DNA from: Longimicrobiales bacterium
Lineage (GTDB): Bacteria; Gemmatimonadota; Gemmatimonadetes; Longimicrobiales; RSA9
Assembly (NCBI GenBank): GCA_035764935.1
Contig: DASTYK010000009.1
Location: 8,298-72,297, forward strand
Length of the DNA stretch: 64,000 nucleotides
Direction of reading: 5' to 3'
Below, piece by piece: positions 36,641 through 50,413 of this stretch. Position 1 is the first letter of the stretch; each line of letters opens with the position of its first letter. The notes under the pieces were generated by a model. That model saw only the letters and a program-made list of their open reading frames with translations. It searched no databases and had not been told where the DNA came from. The position numbers were made by a program, and so were the translations under genes.

Positions 36641-39600
36641 CTACTGTGCCGTCAGGTCCTCGGTGTAGCCCGGTGCGCGCAGCACATCGAGCGGCTGCGT
36701 CAGCGTCTGGCCGTTCATCTCGATGCGAACGGTGTACCGCCCGGGCGGGGCGGGTGGCTCCGAACCGCCGCCGAAGAAGCCGCCGCCGCTCACGACCTCC
36801 ATCCCACGGCTGACGGCGCCGCCCTCGCGGCGAAGCTGCTGCCACATCGCGCGGCCCAGGTCGGCCACGTCGCCGCCGGCCGCCGACGCAGCGGGCGGCG
36901 TCTCGCCAGGGCGCAGCGGATCGCCGCGCTCGCTGCCGCGGCCACCGCGACGGAAGAGGCTGCGGATGTCGCCGGTCGCGATTGCGGTGCGGATCCGCGC
37001 AACGGCGGCACTGTCGGCACCGCTCGCGACGAGCGAGTCCGCGATCGCGTTGGCGCGCGCCATGAACGCAATGCTGTCCGCGCGTTCCGAGCGCGAAAGC
37101 GGCTCATCGTCGGTGTCGCGCACGCGGAAGTTCCAGTAGACGCGATGCAGCCCCGCATCCGCCGGCCCGGTGAGCGTCTGCACCGTGTCGCCCTGCGCAT
37201 CGAGGATCACGATCTCCGCCTGCGGCCTCTGCTGCCGTGCGGTCGCCTCCGCTCCGTTGCCGGCCGGATCACCGCTCCCCTGCCGGTCGGTGCTGCTGCG
37301 ACGATCCGCATCGTCCTGTGTCGTCACCGCTGCTGCAGCCTCGGGGATCCAGTACGTCAGCTCCGCACCGTATTCGACGTTCTCTCCTTCGAACACGCGC
37401 TGGCCTGCCGACTCACCGCCGATCCAGATGTCGCCGTACTGCAGTCCCGGCTTCGGTGCGAAGAAGGTGATCTCCTGCGGCGGCCGTGTGCCCCGCATCT
37501 GCTGCAGCGGCAGGATGTCGACGACGAGGAGCGAGCGGCCGTGCGTGCCGGCGATCAGCTCGTGGTCCCGGGGATGGACCTTCAGGTCGTGCACGGGCGT
37601 CGATCCCATGTCCTCCATGAACCGCCGCCACGTCGCACCGCGATCGAGCGACACGTACGCGCCGACGTCGGTTCCGACGAACAGCAGGTTCGGGTTCACG
37701 GGATCCTCGCGGATCACGTGCACGAAGTCGATGCTGCCGCGCGGCAGGTTGCCCGCGATGGAGCCGAAGCTGCGGCCGCCATCCGTCGTCATGAAGACAT
37801 ACGGCGTGAAGTCGCCGGTGCGATGACCGTCGAACGTGACGTAGAACACGTTCTCGTCATGCCATGACGGTTCGATCCGGCTCACGTACGTGTTCGCAGG
37901 GACACCGGGCAGCCGGTCCGTCACTTCGGTCCAGTTCGCCCCGTCATCCCGCGTCATCCAGACGCGGCCGTCGTCGGTGCCCGCGTACAGCCAGCCCCCG
38001 CGGAGCGGCGATTCCGCCAGTGTCACGATCGTGCCGTACGTCTCCGCACCCGTGGCGTCCGGCGTGATACCGCCCGTCTCCCGCGTGCTGATGCGGATCT
38101 TCATGGTGTCCGCATATGTCAGGTCCGGCGAGATCGGCTGCAGGTCGTCGCCGCGGTTGCTCGACTTCAGCACGCGGTTCGCGCCCGCGTAGAACACGCG
38201 CGGGTCGTGCGTCGAGATGAAGAAGGGCGTGTTCCAGTTGTAGCGCAGGTCATATGTCGCGGAATCGGCGCGCTGCCGCTCGCGCAGTGCCTCTATGCGA
38301 CGCTGCACGACGGGCGTGAGGTCGCCTTCCCCGTAGATCAGGATCGAGTCCTCGAACACGCGCCACCGGTCGATCCAGCTCGGCTTGCGCAGTGAGGTGC
38401 GCTCACCGGTGCGCAGGTTGAGACGGGCCATGTTGCCGCCCTGCGACTCCGCATAGACCACGTGATGATCGACCGGATCCTGGGCGGTGTAGAACCCGTC
38501 ACCGCCATTGATGGTCGCCCACATGTGGTTGTCGATCACACCGTCCGCACGGCGGCTGGGGCCGCACCACGAGCCGTTGTCCTGCAGCCCGCCGCACACC
38601 GTGTACGGGATCTCCATGCCGTAGCTGATCGCGTAGAACTGGCCGATCGCGAAGTTGTTGACGAAGTCCCAGTTGCCGCCGCGATCCCACGTGATCGCGA
38701 TGCCGCCATCGTTGCCGACGATGATGTGCTTCGGATCGAGCGGGTCGATCCACATGGCATGATGATCGACGTGAATGCCGACGGTCGTCGTGCCCGCGGT
38801 GCGGCCGCCGTCGTTCGAGTAGTTGACCGGCGTCGACGACCAGTACACGCGATCCGGGTCCTGCGGATCGACGCGCACCTGCGAGTAGTAGAACGGACGC
38901 ACGTTGTTGCTGTTCGTGCGTTCCCATGTGCGCCCGCCGTCCGCCGAACGGTAGAGGCCGCTCAGGCGCTCACCACCCTCTTCCGCGGCAGCCGCCTCGA
39001 CCATGGTGTACATGACGTCCGGATTCGACGGCGAGATCGCGATGCCGATGCGGCCGAGCTCCGTCTCCGGGAACCCGCCGCCGGCAACTTCCGTCCACGT
39101 CTCGCCACCATCGGTGCTCTTCCAGAGCGCACTGCCGGGCCCGCCGCTCTTCAGGAAGTACGGCCCGCGCACGCGTTCCCAGCTCGAAGCGAAGAGCACG
39201 TCCGGGTTGTCAGGATGCATGGCGATGTCGACGAACCCTGCGCGGTCGCTGATCTGCTTCACCGCGCGCCACGTGCGGCCGCCGTCCGCCGTCTTGTAGA
39301 GACCGCGCTCCGGATTGTGGTTCCAGATCGCGCCGAGCGCTGCGACCCACACGATGTCGGGATTCGTCGGATGGATGAGGATGCGCCCGATCGCCTGCGT
39401 CTTCTCGAGCCCCATGAGCTGCCAGGTGCGGCCGCCGTCCGTCGACTTGTAGACGCCGGCGCCGGGCGAGATCGAATTCCGCGAGTCCTCCTCGCCCGTG
39501 CCCGCCCAGATGATCGACGTGTCGCTCGGCGCGATCGCGATGTCGCCCATGGAGACCACGCGCTCATCCGTGAAGAGCGGAATGAATGAGGTCCCGCTGT

Positions 39601-39823
39601 TCACCGTCTTCCAGATGCCGCCTGCCGCCGAGGCGAGGTAGAAGACGCGGCCGCCGGGCACGCCCTCCACGTCCGTGATGCGACCGGACATGTTTGCCGG
39701 GCCGATGTTGCGCCAGTCGAAGGCCTTCCAGAACGTCGAGTCCTGTGCCTGCGCGGGTGATACGGACAGCAGTGCAGCCAGCAGCGTGAGCAGCAGCCGG
39801 CCGCGTGGAGCATGGGGAGCCAT
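36641..39823 (-). CDS. secreted sortilin/VPS10-like BNR (Asp-box) repeat protein
   Basis: Signal peptide LLLTLLAALLSVSPAQAQ. Multiple SxDxGxTW Asp-boxes (STDGGRTW, TADGGRTW, STDGGETW, SADGGRTW, RDDGANW, LDRGATW). Confidence 0.85.
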   Translation of the reverse strand: MAPHAPRGRLLLTLLAALLSVSPAQAQDSTFWKAFDWRNIGPANMSGRITDVEGVPGGRVFYLASAAGGIWKTVNSGTSFIPLFTDERVVSMGDIAIAPSDTSIIWAGTGEEDSRNSISPGAGVYKSTDGGRTWQLMGLEKTQAIGRILIHPTNPDIVWVAALGAIWNHNPERGLYKTADGGRTWRAVKQISDRAGFVDIAMHPDNPDVLFASSWERVRGPYFLKSGGPGSALWKSTDGGETWTEVAGGGFPETELGRIGIAISPSNPDVMYTMVEAAAAEEGGERLSGLYRSADGGRTWERTNSNNVRPFYYSQVRVDPQDPDRVYWSSTPVNYSNDGGRTAGTTTVGIHVDHHAMWIDPLDPKHIIVGNDGGIAITWDRGGNWDFVNNFAIGQFYAISYGMEIPYTVCGGLQDNGSWCGPSRRADGVIDNHMWATINGGDGFYTAQDPVDHHVVYAESQGGNMARLNLRTGERTSLRKPSWIDRWRVFEDSILIYGEGDLTPVVQRRIEALRERQRADSATYDLRYNWNTPFFISTHDPRVFYAGANRVLKSSNRGDDLQPISPDLTYADTMKIRISTRETGGITPDATGAETYGTIVTLAESPLRGGWLYAGTDDGRVWMTRDDGANWTEVTDRLPGVPANTYVSRIEPSWHDENVFYVTFDGHRTGDFTPYVFMTTDGGRSFGSIAGNLPRGSIDFVHVIREDPVNPNLLFVGTDVGAYVSLDRGATWRRFMEDMGSTPVHDLKVHPRDHELIAGTHGRSLLVVDILPLQQMRGTRPPQEITFFAPKPGLQYGDIWIGGESAGQRVFEGENVEYGAELTYWIPEAAAAVTTQDDADRRSSTDRQGSGDPAGNGAEATARQQRPQAEIVILDAQGDTVQTLTGPADAGLHRVYWNFRVRDTDDEPLSRSERADSIAFMARANAIADSLVASGADSAAVARIRTAIATGDIRSLFRRGGRGSERGDPLRPGETPPAASAAGGDVADLGRAMWQQLRREGGAVSRGMEVVSGGGFFGGGSEPPAPPGRYTVRIEMNGQTLTQPLDVLRAPGYTEDLTAQ

Positions 39824-39990
39824 GGCCGTTCCGTGGTTGGAGTCGGAGAGGAGATGCGCGCTGACGACTGAGATACGGCGGAAGTGCGGTCAGGGCAAGG
39901 ATAGCTGTTGCGCCCGCACAGAATGCCAAGTGGCATCCGCGGATCGACGCTCCTAGCTTGCCCGTTCACAACAGACCCGAGGGGTGCGTC

Positions 39991-40887
39991 ATGTCCGGAT
40001 CCCTGGCTCGCAGCGGCCTGCCGCTGCTCTGCCTTCTGCTCACGTCCCTGCCCGCATCAGCACAGCAGCGCGGCACGCTGTTCATCGTCGGCGGCGGTCG
40101 TCAGCCGGACGCGCTGGTCACCCGCTTCGTCGAGCTCGCGGGCGGACCCGGCCGCGCGCGCATCGCCGTCGTGCCGATGGCGAGCGGCGCTGCACAGGAG
40201 TCCGGTGCCGGCAAGGTGGAACAGCTCGTGGCGTTCGGTGCCGAGGCGTTCAACCTGAACCTGTCCCGCGCGCAGGCAATGACGGACTCTGCAGCTGCAC
40301 TGCTGGACGACGTCACGGGAGTGTGGTTCGTCGGCGGCGACCAGGCGCGACTCGTGGACGCGCTCGAGGACACGCCCGTGCTCCGTGCGATCCACGCTCG
40401 CTACGACTCCGGTGCCGTGCTGGGCGGCACGTCCGCAGGTGCGGCCATCATGTCGGATTCGATGCTGACGGGCAGCCAGGTCGCGGCGGGTGAGGATACC
40501 ATCGGCTATCACGGCGACGAATACCGCCGCATCGTGCGCGGGTCGATCGAGATCGTGACCGGCTTCGGCTTCCTGCAGGGCGCGATCATCGACCAGCACT
40601 TCATCGAGCGCGAGCGGCACAACCGCCTGCTGAGCGTGGTGCTCGAACGACCGTCCATGATCGGTGCAGGCATCGCGGAAGGAACTGCACTCGAAGTCGC
40701 GCCTGACGGCCGATGGACCGTGCGCGGTCGCGGTGCGGTCGTCATATACGACGCCCGTGACGCCGACCTCACGCCGCTGGCGTCACCTGCGCTGGGTGCC
40801 GCCGGCATCCGCATGCACCTGCTGCCGCCGGGCGCGACGTTCGATCCGGTGAGCGGTACGGCACGACTCGCGGATACGCCGCGCTGA
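39991..40887 (+). CDS. cyanophycinase-like peptidase S51, secreted
   Basis: ATG 39991. Signal peptide. Motifs LFIVGGG and the nucleophile context VLGGTSAGAAIMS. IIDQHF...RHNRLL is typical of CphE/CphB. Confidence 0.85.
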   Translation: MSGSLARSGLPLLCLLLTSLPASAQQRGTLFIVGGGRQPDALVTRFVELAGGPGRARIAVVPMASGAAQESGAGKVEQLVAFGAEAFNLNLSRAQAMTDSAAALLDDVTGVWFVGGDQARLVDALEDTPVLRAIHARYDSGAVLGGTSAGAAIMSDSMLTGSQVAAGEDTIGYHGDEYRRIVRGSIEIVTGFGFLQGAIIDQHFIERERHNRLLSVVLERPSMIGAGIAEGTALEVAPDGRWTVRGRGAVVIYDARDADLTPLASPALGAAGIRMHLLPPGATFDPVSGTARLADTPR

Positions 40888-40930
40888 GCGCGCTGCCGCA
40901 GGCGGCAACCGCATACGCCAGCGCGGCTCG

Positions 40931-45496
<4,566 letters not shown>

Positions 45497-45597
45497 CCGT
45501 TGATCTACCCCGTGCGCCCACCGCGGTTCTGGCTGGCGCCGCCCCCGTCCCAACACCACTTTCAGCGGATACGCCCCCTTGCACCGCCGCCATCGAC

Positions 45598-46782
45598 ATG
45601 AGCCTTCGATCCGCCGTCAGCTCCGGAATCCTTGCCCTGGTCCTGCTTCCGGCCGCCTCGGCCGGGCAGCGTCTGAACACGACCCCCATTCAGCCCGGCG
45701 AAGCCTGCCCCGCCGGGATGACGGAGATCCGTCCGCTGCAGTGCATGCCGCCGCAGCTCGAGCCGCCCGGCATCCTGGACTACCGGCCGCGCTCGACGCT
45801 CGTGGTGCCCGAGCACCTGGTCCCGAAGCCGAAGTATCCGGCCATCGACTTTCACGGTCACCCGCGACTCGATGGTCCGGAAAGCCTCGCCGGGCTGCAG
45901 GCCGAGATGGACCGGATCGGCCTCGGCGTGATGGTCGTCGCCAGCAACGTCCGGGGAGAGCGGCTCCGCGCGATGCTCGCGATGATCCAGGCCTCCCCCG
46001 CGATGCGCGACCGTGTGCGCGTGTTCACCGGCATCGAGTTCGGCGACCTCGAGCCCGGCTGGGTCGAGCGCGCCGTCGCGCAGCTCGAAGCGGACGTTGC
46101 GGCGGGCGCGGTCGGAATTGGTGAGGTGTCGAAGTCGCTCGGCCTGTCACTGCGCAAGCCGGACGGCTCCAGGCTCGCGATCGACGACCCGGTGATGGAC
46201 CCGATCTGGGAGGCGGCCGCGCGACTCGGCGTGCCCGTGTTCATCCACACTGCGGATCCGGCCGAGTTCTTCCGCGAGCTGGACTACACCAATGAGCGCT
46301 GGCTCGAGCTCGCGCTCTTTCCAAACCGCCGCTACCCGCAGGAGGAGTATCCCAGCTTCCAGCAGCTCGTCGCGGAGCGTGACAACCTCTTCCGCCGCCA
46401 TCCGAACACGACGTTCGTGACGGCGCATCTCGGCTGGCAGGCGAACGACCTCGCCACGCTCGGCCGGCTGCTGGACGAGCTGCCCAATGTCTACACGGAA
46501 GTCGGGGCGGTTCTCTACGACATCGGCCGCCAGCCGCGCACTGCGCGCGAGTTCTTCATCCGCTACCAGGACAGGATCCTGTTCGGCAAGGACTCCTTCC
46601 AGCCGGACGAGTATCCCTACTACTGGCGCGTGTTCGAGACGGCCGACGACTACTTCGACTACTACCGGCCGTACCACGCGTTCTGGAAGCTGTACGGGAT
46701 CGACCTGCCCGAGGAAGTGCTGCGGAAATTGTACTATCAGAACGCGCAGCGGATCACGCCCGGGCTGCCGCAGCAGCGCTGA
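45598..46782 (+). CDS. secreted amidohydrolase-2 family (TIM-barrel metal-dependent hydrolase)
   Basis: ATG 45598. Signal peptide ILALVLLPAASAG. Metal ligand context AIDFHGH and later VFIHTAD, VTAHLGW. Confidence 0.8.
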   Translation: MSLRSAVSSGILALVLLPAASAGQRLNTTPIQPGEACPAGMTEIRPLQCMPPQLEPPGILDYRPRSTLVVPEHLVPKPKYPAIDFHGHPRLDGPESLAGLQAEMDRIGLGVMVVASNVRGERLRAMLAMIQASPAMRDRVRVFTGIEFGDLEPGWVERAVAQLEADVAAGAVGIGEVSKSLGLSLRKPDGSRLAIDDPVMDPIWEAAARLGVPVFIHTADPAEFFRELDYTNERWLELALFPNRRYPQEEYPSFQQLVAERDNLFRRHPNTTFVTAHLGWQANDLATLGRLLDELPNVYTEVGAVLYDIGRQPRTAREFFIRYQDRILFGKDSFQPDEYPYYWRVFETADDYFDYYRPYHAFWKLYGIDLPEEVLRKLYYQNAQRITPGLPQQR

Positions 46783-46786
46783 CGGA

Positions 46787-46810
46787 GCACCGGGCGCAGA
46801 AGCCCGGTGC
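46787..46810. terminator. hairpin between convergent genes (weak terminator)
   Basis: GCACCGGGC (46787-46795) / GCCCGGTGC (46802-46810), loop GCAGAA. No clear T-tract on either side. Confidence 0.4.
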
Positions 46811-46825
46811 CCGTCGATCTGACGA

Positions 46826-47983
46826 TCACGCCTGGATTGCCGCCGGGACTGCGGCCTCTACCGCGGCGCCCTCCCACGGCAGCTCCGGCTTTCCGAAGTG
46901 TCCGTAGTTGGTCGTCTGCCGATAGATCGGGCGCAGCAGCCCGAGGCGCTCGATGATCGCGCGCGGCCGGAAGTCGTAGCGTCGCACGAAGTCCCCCGCG
47001 GCGCGCTCGTCGCCGGTGCCGAACGTGTCGACCTTCACGCTGACCGGCTGTGCGACGCCGATCGCGTAGGCGACCTGGATCTCCGCACGCTCCGCGAGTC
47101 CTGCCGCGACCAGCTCGCGCGCAACGAAGCGGCAGAAGTACGCACCGGAACGATCCACCTTGGACGGGTCCTTGCCGCTGAACGCACCGCCGCCGTGCCG
47201 GCCCATGCCGCCGTACGTGTCGACGATGATCTTGCGACCCGTCACACCCGCATCGGCGGACGGCCCACCCTGCACGAAGCTGCCCGACGGGTTCACGATC
47301 AGCCGCAGCTCGTCATGCCACCACTCGCCCAGCGCCTCGGGCACGAGCTGCTCGCCGACGAACCCGCGGATCCGGTCCTGTCCGACGTCCGGCGCGTGCA
47401 TCGTCGAGACGAGCACGTCCGTGACGCGCACCGGCCTGCCGTCCTCGTACACCACGCTCACCTGCGTCTTGGAGTCGGGGCGCAGCCAGCTCACATCGTT
47501 CTGCTTGCGGTGTTGCGCGAGGGTCCGGGCGAGGCGGTGGGCGAGGAGGATCGGCAGGGGCATGAGCTCGGGCGTTTCGTTCGTCGCGTACCCGAACATG
47601 ATGCCCTGGTCTCCCGCGCCCTGCTCCAGGATCTGCTCGTCGCTGCGCCGCACGCTCGCGCCGATCTCGCCCGCCTGCTCGCTCAGCAGCGACTGGATGC
47701 GGACGCGATTCGCGCAGAACGCCTGCGACTCGTCCGTGTAGCCGATCTCCGCGATCGCGCCGCGCACGATCGACTCCGTGTCGACCTCCGCGTTCGAGCT
47801 GATCTCCCCCGCAAGCACCACATGGCCGTCCTTGACCAGGACCTCGCACGCGACGTGCGCGCCCGGGTCCTGCGCGAAGTGCGCATCCAGGATGCTGTCG
47901 GCGATGTAGTCGGAGACCTTGTCGGGATGCCCCTCGGAGACGCTCTCCGAGGTGAAGACGAAGCGGCTGCGGTCGGACATCAT
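46826..47983 (-). CDS. metK: S-adenosylmethionine synthetase
   Basis: Motifs GHPDKVSDYIADSILDA, GAGDQGIMFGYA and GGGAFSGKDPSKVDRSGAY. Start at ATG 47981-47983 or 47978-47980, after AGGAG. Confidence 0.95.
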   Translation of the reverse strand: MMSDRSRFVFTSESVSEGHPDKVSDYIADSILDAHFAQDPGAHVACEVLVKDGHVVLAGEISSNAEVDTESIVRGAIAEIGYTDESQAFCANRVRIQSLLSEQAGEIGASVRRSDEQILEQGAGDQGIMFGYATNETPELMPLPILLAHRLARTLAQHRKQNDVSWLRPDSKTQVSVVYEDGRPVRVTDVLVSTMHAPDVGQDRIRGFVGEQLVPEALGEWWHDELRLIVNPSGSFVQGGPSADAGVTGRKIIVDTYGGMGRHGGGAFSGKDPSKVDRSGAYFCRFVARELVAAGLAERAEIQVAYAIGVAQPVSVKVDTFGTGDERAAGDFVRRYDFRPRAIIERLGLLRPIYRQTTNYGHFGKPELPWEGAAVEAAVPAAIQA

Positions 47984-48040
47984 GCTCCTGCGGTTCAGGT
48001 GTGCATCTCTGCCTGGTGGCGGCACACCCCTGGCGCCCCG

Positions 48041-48075
48041 GAACACGAAAGGCCTGCGCTCCGAAGCCGCAGGCC
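48041..48075 (-). terminator. intrinsic-terminator-like hairpin inside the metK leader (candidate attenuator)
   Basis: Minus-strand RNA: GGCCUGCG-GCUUCGGAG-CGCAGGCC followed by UUUCGUGUUC. Located 58-92 nt upstream of the metK ATG. Confidence 0.4.
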
Positions 48076-48152
48076 CATGCCGCGACTTAGACGGATGGCC
48101 GAAATGAATCGGCGCGCGGCCCGCCAAGTCGGGGAAAACGCCGCGCATGCTG

Positions 48153-48181
48153 AATGTCGAAGGCGCGCTCCGTCATGTCAA
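48153..48181 (-). promoter_or_regulatory. candidate sigma70 promoter for metK
   Basis: On the minus strand: -35 TTGACA (48181-48176), 17-nt spacer, -10 GACATT (48158-48153). Implies a leader of about 160 nt. Confidence 0.35.
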
Positions 48182-48303
48182 CACGGAGGCATGCGACGTC
48201 CTGCCGCCGGCACCCGGACCTGCGCCGCGTCGCTCCTCTGCCAGCGGCTGCCGCGTCGCTGATCCGCCAGTCGCCCCCGTCGCGCCGCTCCTCTGTCCCC
48301 GGC

Positions 48304-49419
48304 CTACGCCGCGTCGCTCACCCGCCACGCCCGCACACGCGCCACGTACGTACGGTGCCGCGCCCGTGCCACACCGTCTCCGTCGATGCCGCGCTCCAGC
48401 CGCCAGGCCTGGAACGCGAGGTGGGTCAGGTCGTCATGGAAACGGCGGCGCCGCGCAGCCCCCCGCAGGCCGTCGGTGCGCAGGGCGCCGAGCAGCGCGC
48501 GCACCCGCCCGCGCAGCGTGCAGATCGCGTCCACCTCGTCGCCGCGCAGGCAGCCCTCGTCGACGAGCGGGCGGAGGTGACGTCGCAGGATGGCTACTTC
48601 CCGCCGCGTCGAGCGCACGACCACGATCAGCGCCGCGACGAACGCGGGCACCATGATGAGGAAGTACGTTGCCGGGAACAGCAGGTTCGCGGACGCGGCC
48701 GCATTCCACAGCGAGTGCAGCAGCACGGCGACCGCAAAGCCGATCGCCGGTGCCACCCACGTGCCGCTGGCGCCGTGCCGCTCGCGCGCCAGGCCGATGC
48801 CGACGCCCGTCATCGCGGTGAACAGCGGGTGTGCGAACGGGCCGATCACGCCGCGCAGCACGAACACCGTGCTCAGCGAGGTCGTATCCCACACGCGCCC
48901 GTAGTAGACGGCGTTCTCCGTCATGGCGAACCCGAGTCCGACCATGGCGGCGTACACGACGCCGTCGGTCACGTTGTCGAACTCGTCGTCGTGGTGCACG
49001 AACAGCAGCAGCAGCGCCGCGCCCTTGGCCGTCTCCTCGATCACGGGCGCGGCGAGCACGCCGGACATCCAGTCGCCGACGCTCGTGCCGAACACACCGG
49101 CCAGCATCGTGAACGCTGCCTGGTTCGCGAGCAGCGACACGATCATGGCGACGATGGCACCCCAGAGGAACGCGCGCAGCAGCACGGGACCGGGCTCGGC
49201 CTCGAAGCGGTCGAGCCAGAGCGCGAGGCCCAGGTAGACCGGCACCGGCAGCGCGGCCAGCGCCAGCCCCGCCCCGAACCCCGCGGCGCCCACGTCCATC
49301 ACCAGGATAACGACCACGAGCGCTGCCAGTCCGAGCGTGAGCAAACGCGCCAGGCGCGGCTCCACGCCCAGCACGTGGCGCGCGTGCGACCGCTCGATCG
49401 GCTGGGTGTGTCCGTTCAT
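48304..49419 (-). CDS. PrsW-family intramembrane metalloprotease with a long C-terminal extension
   Basis: Motifs EETAKGAALLLLF and VLLHSLWN in a multi-TM core. Start at ATG 49417-49419. Confidence 0.8.
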   Translation of the reverse strand: MNGHTQPIERSHARHVLGVEPRLARLLTLGLAALVVVILVMDVGAAGFGAGLALAALPVPVYLGLALWLDRFEAEPGPVLLRAFLWGAIVAMIVSLLANQAAFTMLAGVFGTSVGDWMSGVLAAPVIEETAKGAALLLLFVHHDDEFDNVTDGVVYAAMVGLGFAMTENAVYYGRVWDTTSLSTVFVLRGVIGPFAHPLFTAMTGVGIGLARERHGASGTWVAPAIGFAVAVLLHSLWNAAASANLLFPATYFLIMVPAFVAALIVVVRSTRREVAILRRHLRPLVDEGCLRGDEVDAICTLRGRVRALLGALRTDGLRGAARRRRFHDDLTHLAFQAWRLERGIDGDGVARARHRTYVARVRAWRVSDAA

Positions 49420-49486
49420 GTTGATCGTCCCGGGTGTTCCTGAGCGCGCAGCGAGGCGGGCGCCCGCAGCCGGCTGAGAACGGCTG

Positions 49487-50404
49487 ATGGCCCGCTCCCT
49501 GCCCCTGCGCATCGGCATGCCAGAGAACAGCAGCACCAAGATAAACGTTGGCGTCGCGGGATGGGACTACCGGGACTGGATCGGCGTGTTCTACCCCGAA
49601 CCGCTCCCGCGCGACTTCGACCGCCTACACTTCCTCGCCAGTCACGTCTCGCTGATCGAGATCAACTCCAGCTTCTACGGCCCGCCCAGGCCGAAGACCG
49701 CGCGCGACTGGCTGAAGCGCATCGAGGACATCGACGATTTCCGCTTCACGGCAAAGCTATGGCGCCGCTTCACACACGAGCGCACCACCACGTGGACACG
49801 CAAGGAGGTGCGCGAAACGACGCAGGGGCTCCGCCCGCTGCTCGATGCGCACAGACTGGACGCCGTCGTAATGCAGTTTCCCTGGTCGTTCCGTAACACG
49901 GAGGCGAACCGTGAATGGCTCGAAGATGTCCGCAGCACCTTCGCCGACTTCCCGCTGGTCCTCGAGGTACGCCACGCCGGTTGGAACGACCCGGACGTCT
50001 TCCAGTGGCTGCGCGACAACGCCGTCGGCTTCGTCAACATCGACCAGCCCACCTTCAAGCGATCCATCAAGCCATCCGCCCACGCCACCTCACGCGTCGG
50101 CTACGTGCGCGTGCACGGCCGCAACTACCAGGACTGGTTCCGCAAACACGCCGGCCGCGACAGGCGCTACGACTACCTCTACGAGCGCGACCAGCTGAAG
50201 CCATGGGCGCAGCGCGCAAAGGCACTCGCCCGCGAAGAAGAGACGGAGTCAGTCGATGTGGTGTTCAACAATCACTACAGGGCAAAGGCAGTGGTGAATG
50301 CCAAACAGTTCGAGAACCTGCTGACCGGCCGGAAAGTGCGGGCGCCTGCAGAGCTGGTCTCGGCGTATCCGGCTGCGCTGGAATCGATCGCGCGCCGACG
50401 GTGA
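49487..50404 (+). CDS. DUF72 (UPF0759) family protein
   Basis: VGVAGWDYRDWIGVFYP...IEINSSFYG...YVRVHGRN pattern is typical of DUF72. Start at ATG 49487; ATG 49517 is also possible. Confidence 0.85.
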   Translation: MARSLPLRIGMPENSSTKINVGVAGWDYRDWIGVFYPEPLPRDFDRLHFLASHVSLIEINSSFYGPPRPKTARDWLKRIEDIDDFRFTAKLWRRFTHERTTTWTRKEVRETTQGLRPLLDAHRLDAVVMQFPWSFRNTEANREWLEDVRSTFADFPLVLEVRHAGWNDPDVFQWLRDNAVGFVNIDQPTFKRSIKPSAHATSRVGYVRVHGRNYQDWFRKHAGRDRRYDYLYERDQLKPWAQRAKALAREEETESVDVVFNNHYRAKAVVNAKQFENLLTGRKVRAPAELVSAYPAALESIARRR

Positions 50405-50413
50405 ACAACTTTA

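Noticed and set aside
47984-48150. SAM-I (S-box) riboswitch upstream of metK.
   Set aside because: Manual comparison with the SAM-I consensus found only a vague 3' resemblance (GUGCC...GCAGAGAUG). The P1 partner, the AGAG-GG junction and the GGCCC/GCAACC core are missing. It is kept only as an unclassified attenuator candidate.
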